A stretch of 64,000 nucleotides of DNA from Convolutriloba macropyga. Lineage: Eukaryota. The notes below the pieces were generated by a model, which saw only the letters and a list, made by a program, of their open reading frames with translations, did no database searches and was not told the origin of the DNA. The stretch spans positions 63,550,001-63,614,000 of the forward strand of contig NC_134472.1 of the NCBI RefSeq assembly GCF_964194025.1, given 5' to 3'. This document shows, in pieces, positions 12,896 through 24,008 of this stretch. Both the position numbers and the translations under genes were made by a program. Each line of letters starts with the position of its first letter. Within the stretch, counting starts at the first letter, position 1.

Positions 12896-15683
12896 CTAAA
12901 AAATTTTTGTTGACGTTAGGTGATACCTACCTAAGATGTACGTGAAAACTAGCAGCTCGGCTCCAGTTGCTAAATTAATACCGTCCATTGAATGTGAAAA
13001 CAACTTGTTGAAACTAAACACGCTGAATTGAATGATTCCAATATCAGGGGACTTTCCATGCAATGCAAATGCTAGAAAACATATCAGCGACGAGAACAAT
13101 CAGAAACTAATTGTGGTAGGCGACTATTCGAAGAATCAAAGAAACTATTCTCAAGCCAATTGAACATCAGCACCAAAGTTAATAGGCACACAAGATTCAA
13201 ATGTAAATCTGCATAAAAACGAGCAACAAAAACTACAAAACGCGGCGCCAGAAATTTAACTTGACTTGGTGTTTCCTTTCTTGTGAGCCAGTTCATTTTG
13301 ATCTTTTGGCTAATTGCAAAACAACGGTATCAAAGTAATTAATTAATTTAGAGCTCATGTTACAACAATAATTCTTTCTCCACGAATGAGGCTTGTCTCA
13401 CTTAAAATTCTAAGTTTGATATCAGAGCGTTCGCTCTATTGTTCTACAAAAAGAACTTAAAAAATCACTGCCGCTATTCAGAATTTTTTTGTCAAAATTT
13501 TTTTTTTGTCAACTGACGTCAAAATACCTGCGGCAACGCTTACGAACGATTCCAAGAGCTTTTTGTTGTACAACACCGGTAATTTTTGTCAAAAAAATGA
13601 CTAACTGTGCATTTAGAGTGAGTTGTTTTATAGCGCTTCGGCTTAACGAACTGAGGTGTTTATACAAATATGTAGTCCAAAGTTTCAAACTGGCAAAATT
13701 TTTCCTAATTTTTTTGTTAAAATGGATATCATTGAATAAGAGAGGAATTTACATTACAAAAACTGTCCGCCCATGTAGCAAGCTACTATCTCGGAATAAC
13801 TAACGACAGTTTGACTATCGATTGTACCGGTACAGCCGTTCGTCTTGGATAGCTTCAAGTCGCGGTATTCGGCAGAAATGATTCAATGGTCAAAGAAACG
13901 CATTACACCGTTGCTCAAGCAGCTTGGTCTACCACCCTCTACCTGTGAGCATCCACTAAAGGCGTTCAAGCTATAAGTAAAGGCATTTTGCCAAAACTGA
14001 ACATTTGCTTTCACGTTCCTAATTTATTATTTTCTTCAGCTCCGATTCTTTAGACGTCACAAAGCCTCACGTAAAGTCCGTAAGTACAGCTCAGCACATG
14101 TGCAATTGTTCATGTGCTGCTTCGTCGGTTGTGCTGACTGATAATCGTTCACCAAGCGGACTAATTGAGATCTGGGTCTAACGACTTCGAGAATCGGGGG
14201 CTGATTGTCACTTATTGGACCTTCACGATGGAGCACATACCAAGATTTATAATAAAAGTAGCACATATAACCACAACTGTCTCGCGAAGAATTGAATGGT
14301 CTTCAGAGAACAACATCTACACTAATCAGCCCCCGGATCATCAGAAGGACGACGGGAAAATTACACAGGAACTCACAAAGAAACTACCGGGCCCGCTATC
14401 TAGTTAGCCTTCGCCTTAAACGATGATGGTCGCTGATACATTGATTAAGTCCGTGGTATTGAGGGAAAACACACTTAGCTTTATCAACCGATTTTTCTAA
14501 TTCCAACAAATATACTACAAACTTGGAGCAATTATTGGACATTTCACAGCGTTTGCTTATTTAGTTGCACCAATTGTTCGTCGACAAATTCGCTTATTAC
14601 ATCTATGCTGTGCTCAATTTTAAATTCAAATGAGTCTAACCGTCGAACAAAAACAGAAATTGAAGTTAAGTCAAGCATAAGAACAAACAAAATCGTTTCA
14701 ATCACAGTAACCACTGGCAACCCATGAAAATATCAGTCACAAAAGGGCAAGAATAACTGTACAGAAAAAATAGTTTTGTTCTTTCAATAATGCCGCAGTC
14801 AATGATTTTAAAACCTGCAGATGTAGCAGAAAATTGAAACGCACAGTCTGTGAAATTGTACATTAAGAGTTGAAATTGAATTGAGTTATTAACATTCAAA
14901 TGACAACTGAAATCTGACAAAGTCAGAAATAATAACATAAAAGACAACAATTTTGTGAAACACAAAAATTAAGAGCATAAAATTAAGATGTTGGCGCAGA
15001 CGTCCATTAATTAAACCTCGGCAAAATCACCAAAACCAAAAATAGATTAAAAACTGAACACGAAGCACATAAAACTTCCTGTCCTGTTTATTGCTTTCAA
15101 AACCGAAATGAATCCACGAAACAGAACAATTTGCGTTGAAATGTTTGTTTGAAGTTTCCGCACCAGAAGAAATCGCTTCTCTTGCAGCATTTTCAGTTCA
15201 CAGTTCTCTCTGATTCCAAAATCACAACGAACAAAAAATCAGGTCTTATATTTTCAAGTTGCTCGAAAACCTTTTCAGTGCGAAAATTCCTATTCAACAA
15301 CAACTTGACAACAACGCTTGTTAAAAAACCGCAAGCCAAAAACATACCAGGTCACCTATATCAGCTAAAATTAATACTTGAATACATAGAATTTGTCATC
15401 TTCGTGTTTTCCATTACAAACATAAACCGACTAACGTGCATTCAGCTCACCCAGAGCTCAAAGACGAAAAAGTCAACCAAAGTCAAATCAGTCCGAAGAA
15501 CTTTTGCAGAACTAAAAAAGATGACCACAAAAATTGCTTAAAACTTCGCTCGAGAACAATTAAACACTAACCAAAAATAGGTAAAATTACTGACAATGAC
15601 AGAACCTTATCCAAGAATATGGCTAATCGGGCATTCAAAAATGAACACAGCGTTTCCATAGTTACAAAATAAAGCAATCTCAC

Positions 15684-16996
15684 CGTGAAGACTCCTGATT
15701 GTCATCGCCGATTGGATCGGATTTCTCTTCGCCAATCGTATCAGGTTCCTTCTTCAAAACAGGCTGTGACTCTGGCAACAATATGGAAGGAATCTCATCT
15801 GCAATATTTGCCCAACTACCACCACTATTTGATTTGGAGTTATCAATCTTCACATCTATATCAGATGACAGAATTTTATCCCCGTCATTGTCCACAATTG
15901 TTTTCTGAACGGGTTGTACTTTCTCTTTACCAGTCGCTACTTTCTCTTTCGTCTGCATCTCAACTAACGACATTTCCTTCCTCGATTGCTCATCTTTACC
16001 CTCAAATTTGCCAACTTCGCTCGTCTTTTTGATGTCTTTGTTAAACGGCATGGATCCAATAGCAGTAGAATTAGCTTTATCAGGCTCAATTTTGATCGCA
16101 CTATGCTTCGATTTGTCATCTTTCATCTTTTCTGACGTTTTCAACATTTCCGCTTGCAACAATCTTTCCAAATTCTTCTCAGCCGACGACTTTCCCAATT
16201 TGAACGGTTTGTCTTTTAGTATTGCGTCTTCAGGTCTTATTTTTCTTTCCTTCAAAGTCAAAGATTTTTCGCTTCGTTCACATGATTTCTTCTCATCTTT
16301 CGACACTGAATGCTCTTTTGACACTTCGTGTTCTTTGCGTGTTTCTTCTGATTTAGAAGTTGAACCCAGTATCGAAGCAAGCATACTTGAGCTACCTGTA
16401 CCTTTTAAGTTTGATCTTTCTGAACCTAGGACGTCTTTTCTCTTTTCAGATTTGTCCGATGATGAAAATTTAGTCGGGGCGAAGCTAAGCAGACCATCAG
16501 TGCCATTTTTCTCATGTTTTGAACTACTTTCCTTTGTAGAAATTTTGCTAAATTTTTCACTTTTTGTACCGATTTCTTTGTCCCTTGTTGTTGGCTCTCG
16601 GGATGATGAGGGTTCACTTTTTATCACAGATTCTCGTTCTTTTGAATTTTGGGTCCCCTGTTGCTTTGGTTTCGGTGGCAAATGTGAACTTGAAGTATGA
16701 CTGTGACCTGAAGCCGTGAGACTTGATTTCATATCTTTCCGCAAATAATTACTAGTTGTCGTAGATTCAGTGGGTGAGGGTTTCTTTGCACTAGTATTAC
16801 TACTCTCAATTGGGGACTTCCTGATCAGTGAGCTGTCAACAGGTGATGGTTTCTTAATTACACTGCTGTTGCTACTCTCGCTTGAAGGAGGAGGTGGCTG
16901 AGTTAGCATGAACTGTTCTCTGTACTTTCGCTTGTACTTGATTTTAAGACCCGGATTTGCATTGCGACATTTCTCACAGAAGTACTTCTTGATCAC
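15684..16996 (-). CDS. CXXC1: CXXC1 exon 2: end of PHD (YFCEKC) and a long Ser/Lys/Glu-rich low-complexity region
   Basis: Acceptor TTTCAG|GTG, open frame of 437 codons, donor CG|GTGAGA (phase 2); completes the PHD begun in exon 1. Confidence 0.88.
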
Positions 16997-17359
16997 CTGA
17001 AATATTAATTTATGTGAAAATCAACAACCCCCTCACTTAATATAATTGATAAATTATAGAGAACAGGCGTGTTATGCTCAGAAACTGAAGTTATACTTCA
17101 GGGCTAAAATGGTAACAATTGGCCGATTTCTAACACTTTTTTACCAGTTCGAGTTTTTCCGCGACATTTTGCCTCAAGAGAAAATTTCTTCGAATATTGT
17201 CTAATTTCCAGAAAAAAAATCTCACTGTTGAATATTGACGTTATGAATTGTGAAAATATGAATTGTTGAGAACTCCTGGAAAATTTTTTAATTTAATGAA
17301 ATATAGCACACTTGTAGCGCTGGACAGATTAAACCTTGAAAGAGGTTAAACCTTTATAC

Positions 17360-17536
17360 CTTTGCATCCTCTGCAGAGACGTCAATGCAGTCGCCGTGGT
17401 ACCACTCATCACACTTGTCACACCCAATCATGAACCGGGAGATGTCAGTGCTGCGACACACACAGTACACCTCATCTGCATCCCCAACAACACCCCCCAC
17501 CAACCCACTGTCTCTTCCAACTTCGTTCACACTCAT
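17360..17536 (-). CDS. CXXC1: CXXC1/CFP1 (COMPASS Spp1) coding exon 1, N-terminal PHD finger
   Basis: ATG at 17536; YCVCRSTDISRFMIGCDKCDEWYHGDCI is a CFP1-type PHD; donor AAG|GTATAA, phase 0. The start codon is inferred. Confidence 0.88.
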
Positions 17537-17619
17537 TCCAATTTCCCACAACAATAGTATAAACAAAATAAATAATCTGAAAAAGCAGTTTATGATATTA
17601 AAGCGATGGTAAATATCGG

Positions 17620-18712
17620 GTATATTTCCACATTGTTCACGCAGCGGAACTCAACGCATCAATTTTATTCATCTTTTTATGCATCTCTATAATTGCTTTT
17701 ATGTACTTGACATTTGTTTAGTTTATCAGCTATGAGTCTTAGCCAAATTGCGCCATTAGTTTTTCATCACAATGACTCGCTCGACTATCTAAATGACGTT
17801 GATACCAATATTAATGTTGTTTGAGGAAACTCTGAACGTTTTCGAAGTCAGTGGAGGCCAACTATATAAAGAAGGATTTTATTGAGAATATTGAGATCAA
17901 ATTGAAATCAAAGTAAAATTAAGTTTCGGCTTTTATTAATTGGTTTTATAGGTTGAATTGACACCTTCGTCAGCTGGCAGAAAGTCTCCATGGAATGCAG
18001 AACACCAGCACACATGTCGGCTTTAATTTTTTTAATACAAGACAACTATTTTTGGGTGTTGTCCATCAAAACGTGCTTCATATTGTATTTTAGCTAATTA
18101 CTTATCAAAGCGATGGTAAATACATGGTATAAGTAATTAGCTAAAATACAATATGAAGCACATTTTGATGCTGACGAGCAATTCGCCAAACGCTAACCCA
18201 TTACGTTTTGGACAACACGCAAAAACAGTTGTCTTGAATTAAAAAAAATAAAGGCGATATGCGTGTACTGGTATTCTGCATTCCATGGGAGACTTTTACA
18301 AATGTTCCGATAAGCATCTCTGATAATTGTTGATTATTTTAAAATTCTGCCAGCTGACGAAGGTGTCAATTCAACCTATACAACCAATTCATAAAATCAT
18401 AAAAGCCGACACTTAGTCGCACTTTGATCTCAACGTGATCTCAATATTCTCAATCAAAATCCTTTTTTATATAATTGGCCTCCACTGACTTCGAAAAGGT
18501 TTAGAATTACCTCAAACAACATTAATATTGGTATCAACGTCATTTAGATAGTCGAGCGAGTCATTGTGATGAAAAACTAATGGCGCAATATAGCTAAGAC
18601 TCATAGCTGAAAAACCAAACAAATGTCAAGTACATAAAAGCAATTATAGAGAAGCATAAAAAGATGAATAAAAATGATGCGTTGAGTTCCGCTGCGTGAG
18701 CTATTTGGAAAA
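17620..18712. repeat. ~1.1-kb imperfect palindrome (foldback), arms ~480-580 bp
   Basis: CACGCAGCGGAACTCAACGCATC (17638) vs GATGCGTTGAGTTCCGCTGCGTG (~18676-18698); complementarity continues to the centre at ~18104-18128. Confidence 0.9.
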
Positions 18713-19164
18713 ACGAAAACACGTAAGACAAAACATAAACCAAGAGTACCGCACTTTAGCTACGCTAAGCTTACAGCTTTTCATCTATACTCGCACCCAG
18801 CATATTGCCAGAAAATAGCCGCCATTGATACACATTGACTCCGCTTGGGCTCGAAAGAACAAAATCTTTTAGCCTTGTGGTAACTATCGCTTTATCTTTT
18901 AGTTAGATAGAATCCTGTTTCCCAATGAGAGGATACAGAGCTTGTATTAAGACTAGCGCATTAGACATCGTTAACTAGCACTTATCAGAGCAAAGTTCAA
19001 GCGCGCACTTGGGCTTTATCCCGTTTCTATTTTTGACTTCGTTCTCAGATACTGACCGTGACTCTAGGTTGTTTTGCTGAGCAGCTGCTCATTAAATGCT
19101 CCTTGCGCAGAATGAGAAGAGTGAAACTGGACTGGAGAAGTCAAACAACCTACCAACGTCGGTC

Positions 19165-19272
19165 GGATCTTTTCCGTTTGTGCCACCCAGACGCACGTGC
19201 AATATTTGTACATACAGAATTACTACGTAATGACACGTGTACTGGGGGTGGGGGCACTAATGGAAAAGATCC
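19165..19272. mobile_element. ~110-bp MITE-like element (TIR GGATCTTTTCCGTTTGTGCC); copies at 28262-28367 and 57242-57382
   Basis: Imperfect terminal IRs and the shared core CCCAGA(C/T)GCACGTGC in three places. Confidence 0.6.
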
Positions 19273-20472
19273 CGTCGGTCTTATTGCTCTCTATGCGAGA
19301 GGTTAGCTTTGGCAGTAGCCGGCTGGGGCTTAGGTATTCTAGAATTAGGGCGCGCGTGTGCGTGGAGGGGGGAGGTGAGCAGAGTGGAGTGGGATCAAGC
19401 GTTGGGGGAGGGTATGGTTGGAAGATAGGGAGTCCAAATTACCAGGTGGGAGGGTGGACGAAGAGTGTTGTAGGGGGGATGACGGTGAGGGGGGTGTCTT
19501 AAGGGGGGTGGCAAAGTTGAGAAAGATTGAGAGTTAAGATGGAGAGTTAAGATTGAAAATCTTCTTCACATCATCAAATTAACTCCTCAAAACAGATTCG
19601 GTGAATCGTATATTAAAACAATAGTAAGGCTCTAAAAGAGCTGCTCAACCACAAAGCATTCCGGGCTTTACTTGTTTATCCCGTTCCAAAAACTGAGAGC
19701 CAGATAAAAAGTCGGTCAAACGAAAAATAGCATAAAAACCACAGGGCTGATATAATTTCTACTACTGCTAAAAACTTGGTCTAAAGCAACTAAAAAACAT
19801 TTCACAAAAAATGTTGAACAAGCTGTGAACTAAGTTAAAGCTAAATTAAGGTAAAGCAAATTATTATTCGACAAAGTAACAGGACAGGACATGACCCCTA
19901 CAAATCAGAAATTTTTCGGACGAAACGAACGAGACTTGCGTGCCGCATAATACAGATGGAAACAACACAGGCAAGTTGAAAAAACTTATCGACGCCGCTC
20001 AAAATACTGTAAAAAACATTCAGTGATAAATTAAGGCTTGTTAAAATTCATTCCGCAAAAGCATTTTCATTAGGGACCTTTATACATATGAGTTCCATTG
20101 ACATTAAACCAAATCAAATTAAGCTTTAAATTGTAAAAGTAAATTTATTGAGTGAGGTAAGTCACGTAAGATCAGAATCTAATCACGTATATGACATAAA
20201 AACTTTTGCTAGAGTGAGTGAGAAATGACGTCACGCGCGGAAATGCAGTTAGTGAGAGGAAGAAGTCAATCAGAAAATTTGATTTCTTCAACTTGGCAGT
20301 GAACAAAAGTAAATAGAAAACACAACCTACTAACAGCGGAATTGCTCTCGAACGACTAGTGGGAGCTCTAATCAATTGCAGCCTGCTTCGGTCCGCGGGG
20401 TGGGCGAGGAGGTATAGCCTGAACGGAACTAAGAAACTCACTAGGGGCCTTCAAATAACCTCATTAGGGGGG

Positions 20473-22480
20473 AACATACCCGGCAGATTGCCGGAAAATA
20501 GCCGCCGTTGATTCCAATAAGCATGATTGGGAGTGAAAGAATCGAAGATAATGAAAAAAAAAGATTTTTGTACAAAAACATTTTTTTAAGTCCGATTTAT
20601 TTTGATGGCATTTCGTAGTTGAACATACTTCTGCTTCTTAGAGAGAGGCTACAGGGGCTACTATCAATAACAATAAGCATTACAGAGAGAGGTAACTAAT
20701 ACTTATAGGACCGACGTTCAAATAGCGGGCATCTAAAATTGGGCTTTATGGGTTTATCCCGTTTCTATTTCTGACTTCAATTTTTTATACTGACTCTGTT
20801 CATTTTGAATTGCTTTGCTGAGCAACTGAAGTTCAAAATCAATTTTAGCCGAATGAGAGAAGAGAGAAACTAGCCTAGAGAAGTCAAAAAGATATCACGC
20901 AAAATGATGAAAAAGCGGCAAAATGAGGTAAAGCGAAACATTTTTTTATTCGACGAAGTAAAAAAAAACATAGCAGGACAAGTCCTGACGTACAATTCAA
21001 AGAATTTTCATTGACTAAAAAAATTAGACATAAAACGGACTAAGAATGGATTGGAAAAACCATTTAGAAAAAAAATCCGATCCAAAAAATCGAAAAAACA
21101 GTAAAAATCAAAGTGAAATTGCCGCATGTGAACAAAAAAACCACTAACGAGAAAGCGAATTTTTGTTCAAACACCGTTTTCTCACTTTACTTTAAACTTA
21201 GAGCAAAAAAATTTCACACCGCAAAACCACTTGCTTTTTCGCGCCATTTCCTGTTTCGGCGTGACCAAAATCACTACTCCAATTTGACTTCAAAAATCAT
21301 GAAAATGTGTGAACAGATCTTAAAAAAAAACATAGCCGGAGAATTCCGGAAACGACTCGAAGTGAAAATCCATTTATACGCCATCCAACAACTCATCAAA
21401 CAAAACGTGCCTTCACTAATTTATGATTATCTTGAAACAAAGTCATGAAACGAAAAAAAACAAAATCAAATCTGTTAAAATATAAAAAATCTCATCAAAT
21501 TTTGTTACAAATTGAGATCCCGAAAGAACTATCTCTGCCAAAATAACTTCATCAAAACAAGTAGTACTTACCAAAACCACTTACGTGAATTTTGAAAAAT
21601 ACTTTAGGCTAAATTATGAAAAAAAAGCAATTAAAAGCAACTTTCACTGAAAAACTGAAAAAAGTTACTAAATTTTTTAGTATTTCAAAAAACATATAAA
21701 TCCCAAGAAAAATTCCCTTCGGCCAATAGGGTATCCAGATAATCACAAAACAATATGCAAGTCATAATAGGCAAATAAACTTAGCTAAAAACAGAAAAGA
21801 AAACGAAAAAAAAAATTAAAAAAAGTTCCAATTTTCGCCATTTTTTGTCGTATTTCTTAACAAAAAATGATTCTTACCCACAAAACTGTAACCAATTGTT
21901 TTTATAAAATTGTTCATGTAGAAGGCGTTTCTTCAATGCCCATTAAAGGGAAGCCAGTAAAACAAAATAATCGTAAAAAAAAACGCAAAAATTAGCCCGA
22001 AAATCAGCAAAATACATTAAAAACCTCCGAATTATCATAAAAATCATATGAATTTCCAGAAACCTTCAAACCACTACCGAAACCAGCCTAAAATTAAAAC
22101 AAAATCATAACCAAACCTCAACGAAAATAAATGAAAAAAACTGCTTTAAAATGCCGCACGTGAACAAAAAAATTTCGCTCGCTTAGAGAAATTTTGTTCA
22201 CATATTAATTTCTCCCTCTTTCAAAAACAGCGGTATGAACAAAAACCACTCTTTTCGCTCCGCTCTTCACTTTTGTTCAGCACCAAAATCACTACAAATT
22301 GTTTCACGCGTTTCATTTCGCTTCAAAAATCACTCCAATAAAATTGATTAAAAAAGGACTTCTCCAATACTCCTCTTCGAGTCGTAAAAAGACAGCGCCC
22401 CAATACAATTCAAATTCTTTGAATTATAAAAAAATGTGAGCGCTATAATAGCCGGCTGAGAAGATGAGGGCGGCTATTAA
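20473..22480 (-). mobile_element. Helentron-like family D element hosting the family C insertion; related copies ~28060-29202 and 51162-55990
   Basis: CCGGCAGATTGCCGG hairpin + ATAGCCGCC ... GGCGGCTATTAA; internal sequence colinear with the other copies. Confidence 0.65.
21328..22387 (-). mobile_element. Non-autonomous Helentron-like element, family C (IR ACGACTCGAAG / CTTCGAGTCGT)
   Basis: Hairpin CCGGA-GAAT-TCCGG next to the IR; interrupts an A-run whose empty form is seen at 29100-29125 and 55946-55972. Confidence 0.72.
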
Positions 22481-23256
22481 CCACTATTAAGATTTAAAGT
22501 TTCGGCGCTTTCGGCAATTTCGTGACCTGGCGTTTCCCAAAAATTTGACCAAATCTACAATTTTGCTTGACTTGCACTCGGAAATTCTTTGAACAATTCT
22601 GTTTTCACGGCTCGTGGAGTAAAAATGCAACACAAATTAGAGGAACCAGATCTGCGGGTTTCAGATGTTGCCAAAGAGTTAGAAGGCAAATAAGGCTGCA
22701 ATCACCTGAGATTAAAACCAAGTATTTTCAAATAATCTCTATTGCTATCTTTTTTCACTAGCTGATCTGCCATAATAAATTTTCAAGAGTTGGGTTCAAC
22801 AAACAATCATGTGAATTACAAACCAACACTTTATCTAGATGAAAAGAGCTCTGAGAGCAGTCAATTAAATAGGGCAGAAAGAACACTTTGGTAGAAATTA
22901 AAATGTCATCAAACATTTCGGTGCATCTCTCATGTCTATTTGAGACCATTAATTAATTTATTGGAACATTTTCATATATCAAGTGCTGCCAAAGTTTATG
23001 GCAAATTTATTTGAAAGTATATACAAATATATTAAATAAGGACAGAAACAAATTGACTAAAGGAAACAACAAAACGAACAAACTATCTATCTACACAGGT
23101 GTGGGAGAATTCGTGGGCAAATACTCTAACACAAGGGTCAATGTGATTTGAATGTATATGTATCAGTGGGTAGTCAGGAAAGTGTCGGGGTTCTTCAGAT
23201 AGGATGCTTATCAACGACAGCACTTTGGATCCGAATGTTGATACGCCCAAATACAT

Positions 23257-23372
23257 TCAGGTAGGCGTGGCAACCCCCTGGTGGTGCTGTGGACTGTTCG
23301 GATTAGTACCATCTCCTCCCCCTCGTGACAGAGATCCAGGGTGACTAGGTCCTCCAGAGTTCTGGGCAGAAC
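23257..23372 (-). CDS. DENND6: Probable DENND6 terminal exon (G/S/P-rich tail, stop)
   Basis: TTTCTTCTATCAG| acceptor, phase matches, GC-rich open frame to TGA. No recognisable homology, so lower confidence. Confidence 0.6.
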
Positions 23373-23761
23373 CTGATAGAAGAAACCAATCTCTAGTCAA
23401 AATACAAACACTTGCGAGAAAAAATGTATGCGCATTTTCGCAATAACTATTTGAACAACGATAAGCCAATATTTTGACTTATCCAGTTTCGCCATTTTTG
23501 AAAAAAAATTCATTTAGCTCCGAACAGGAAACTTTGGAAATACCGATAACTACGAACAATTGTCATTCCTTTCTAATGCAACATTGTCTGCAGAACAAAT
23601 GAATTAGAGCGAGCACCCTGGATCAATTTTCTAGGAGTTACCTCAAGAAAAACTAGATTCCAACGAACGTGATTGCGAAAATGTCATGGACCAAGGGAGC
23701 TTCTTTGGGTTGCTTCAGCACCAATCGTACTTGAAAATGAACATCAGTCTTGTTTGCTAAC

Positions 23762-24008
23762 CTGGATTGGAGAGTGAGTGAGCAGTAGCGAGGAGTGAGT
23801 TATTGAGGAGAGACTGTTTGAGATCCTGAGGCAACTTCTCCACTATCAACTGCATCATGTCATAAATGCGTCTGTACACATTCTCGTCTATCTCCAGTCT
23901 AGTCGGCATTCTATCTGCAGCTGAGAGACGACGCAGCTTCTCTTTCAATTTGATGAGCAGATCAACTGCCTCCACCTCCGACTTACCATCCAGCCACTCC
24001 TCTAGATT
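23762..24008 (-). CDS. DENND6: DENND6 exon (EVEAVDLLIKLKEKL..LPQDL)
   Basis: EVE-x-VDL and LP-x-DL C-terminal motifs; CTTTAG| acceptor and CAG|GTTAGC donor. Confidence 0.85.

Noticed and set aside
13800-14430. GC-richer unique segment in CXXC1 intron 2, checked as a hidden CXXC exon or TE ORF
   Set aside because: No CXXC pattern or recognisable domain; only short ORFs.
15685-16700. Plus-strand ORFs antisense to CXXC1 exon 2 (likewise those antisense to SEC61G and the LINE ORFs)
   Set aside because: Shadow ORFs of real coding sequence on the other strand.
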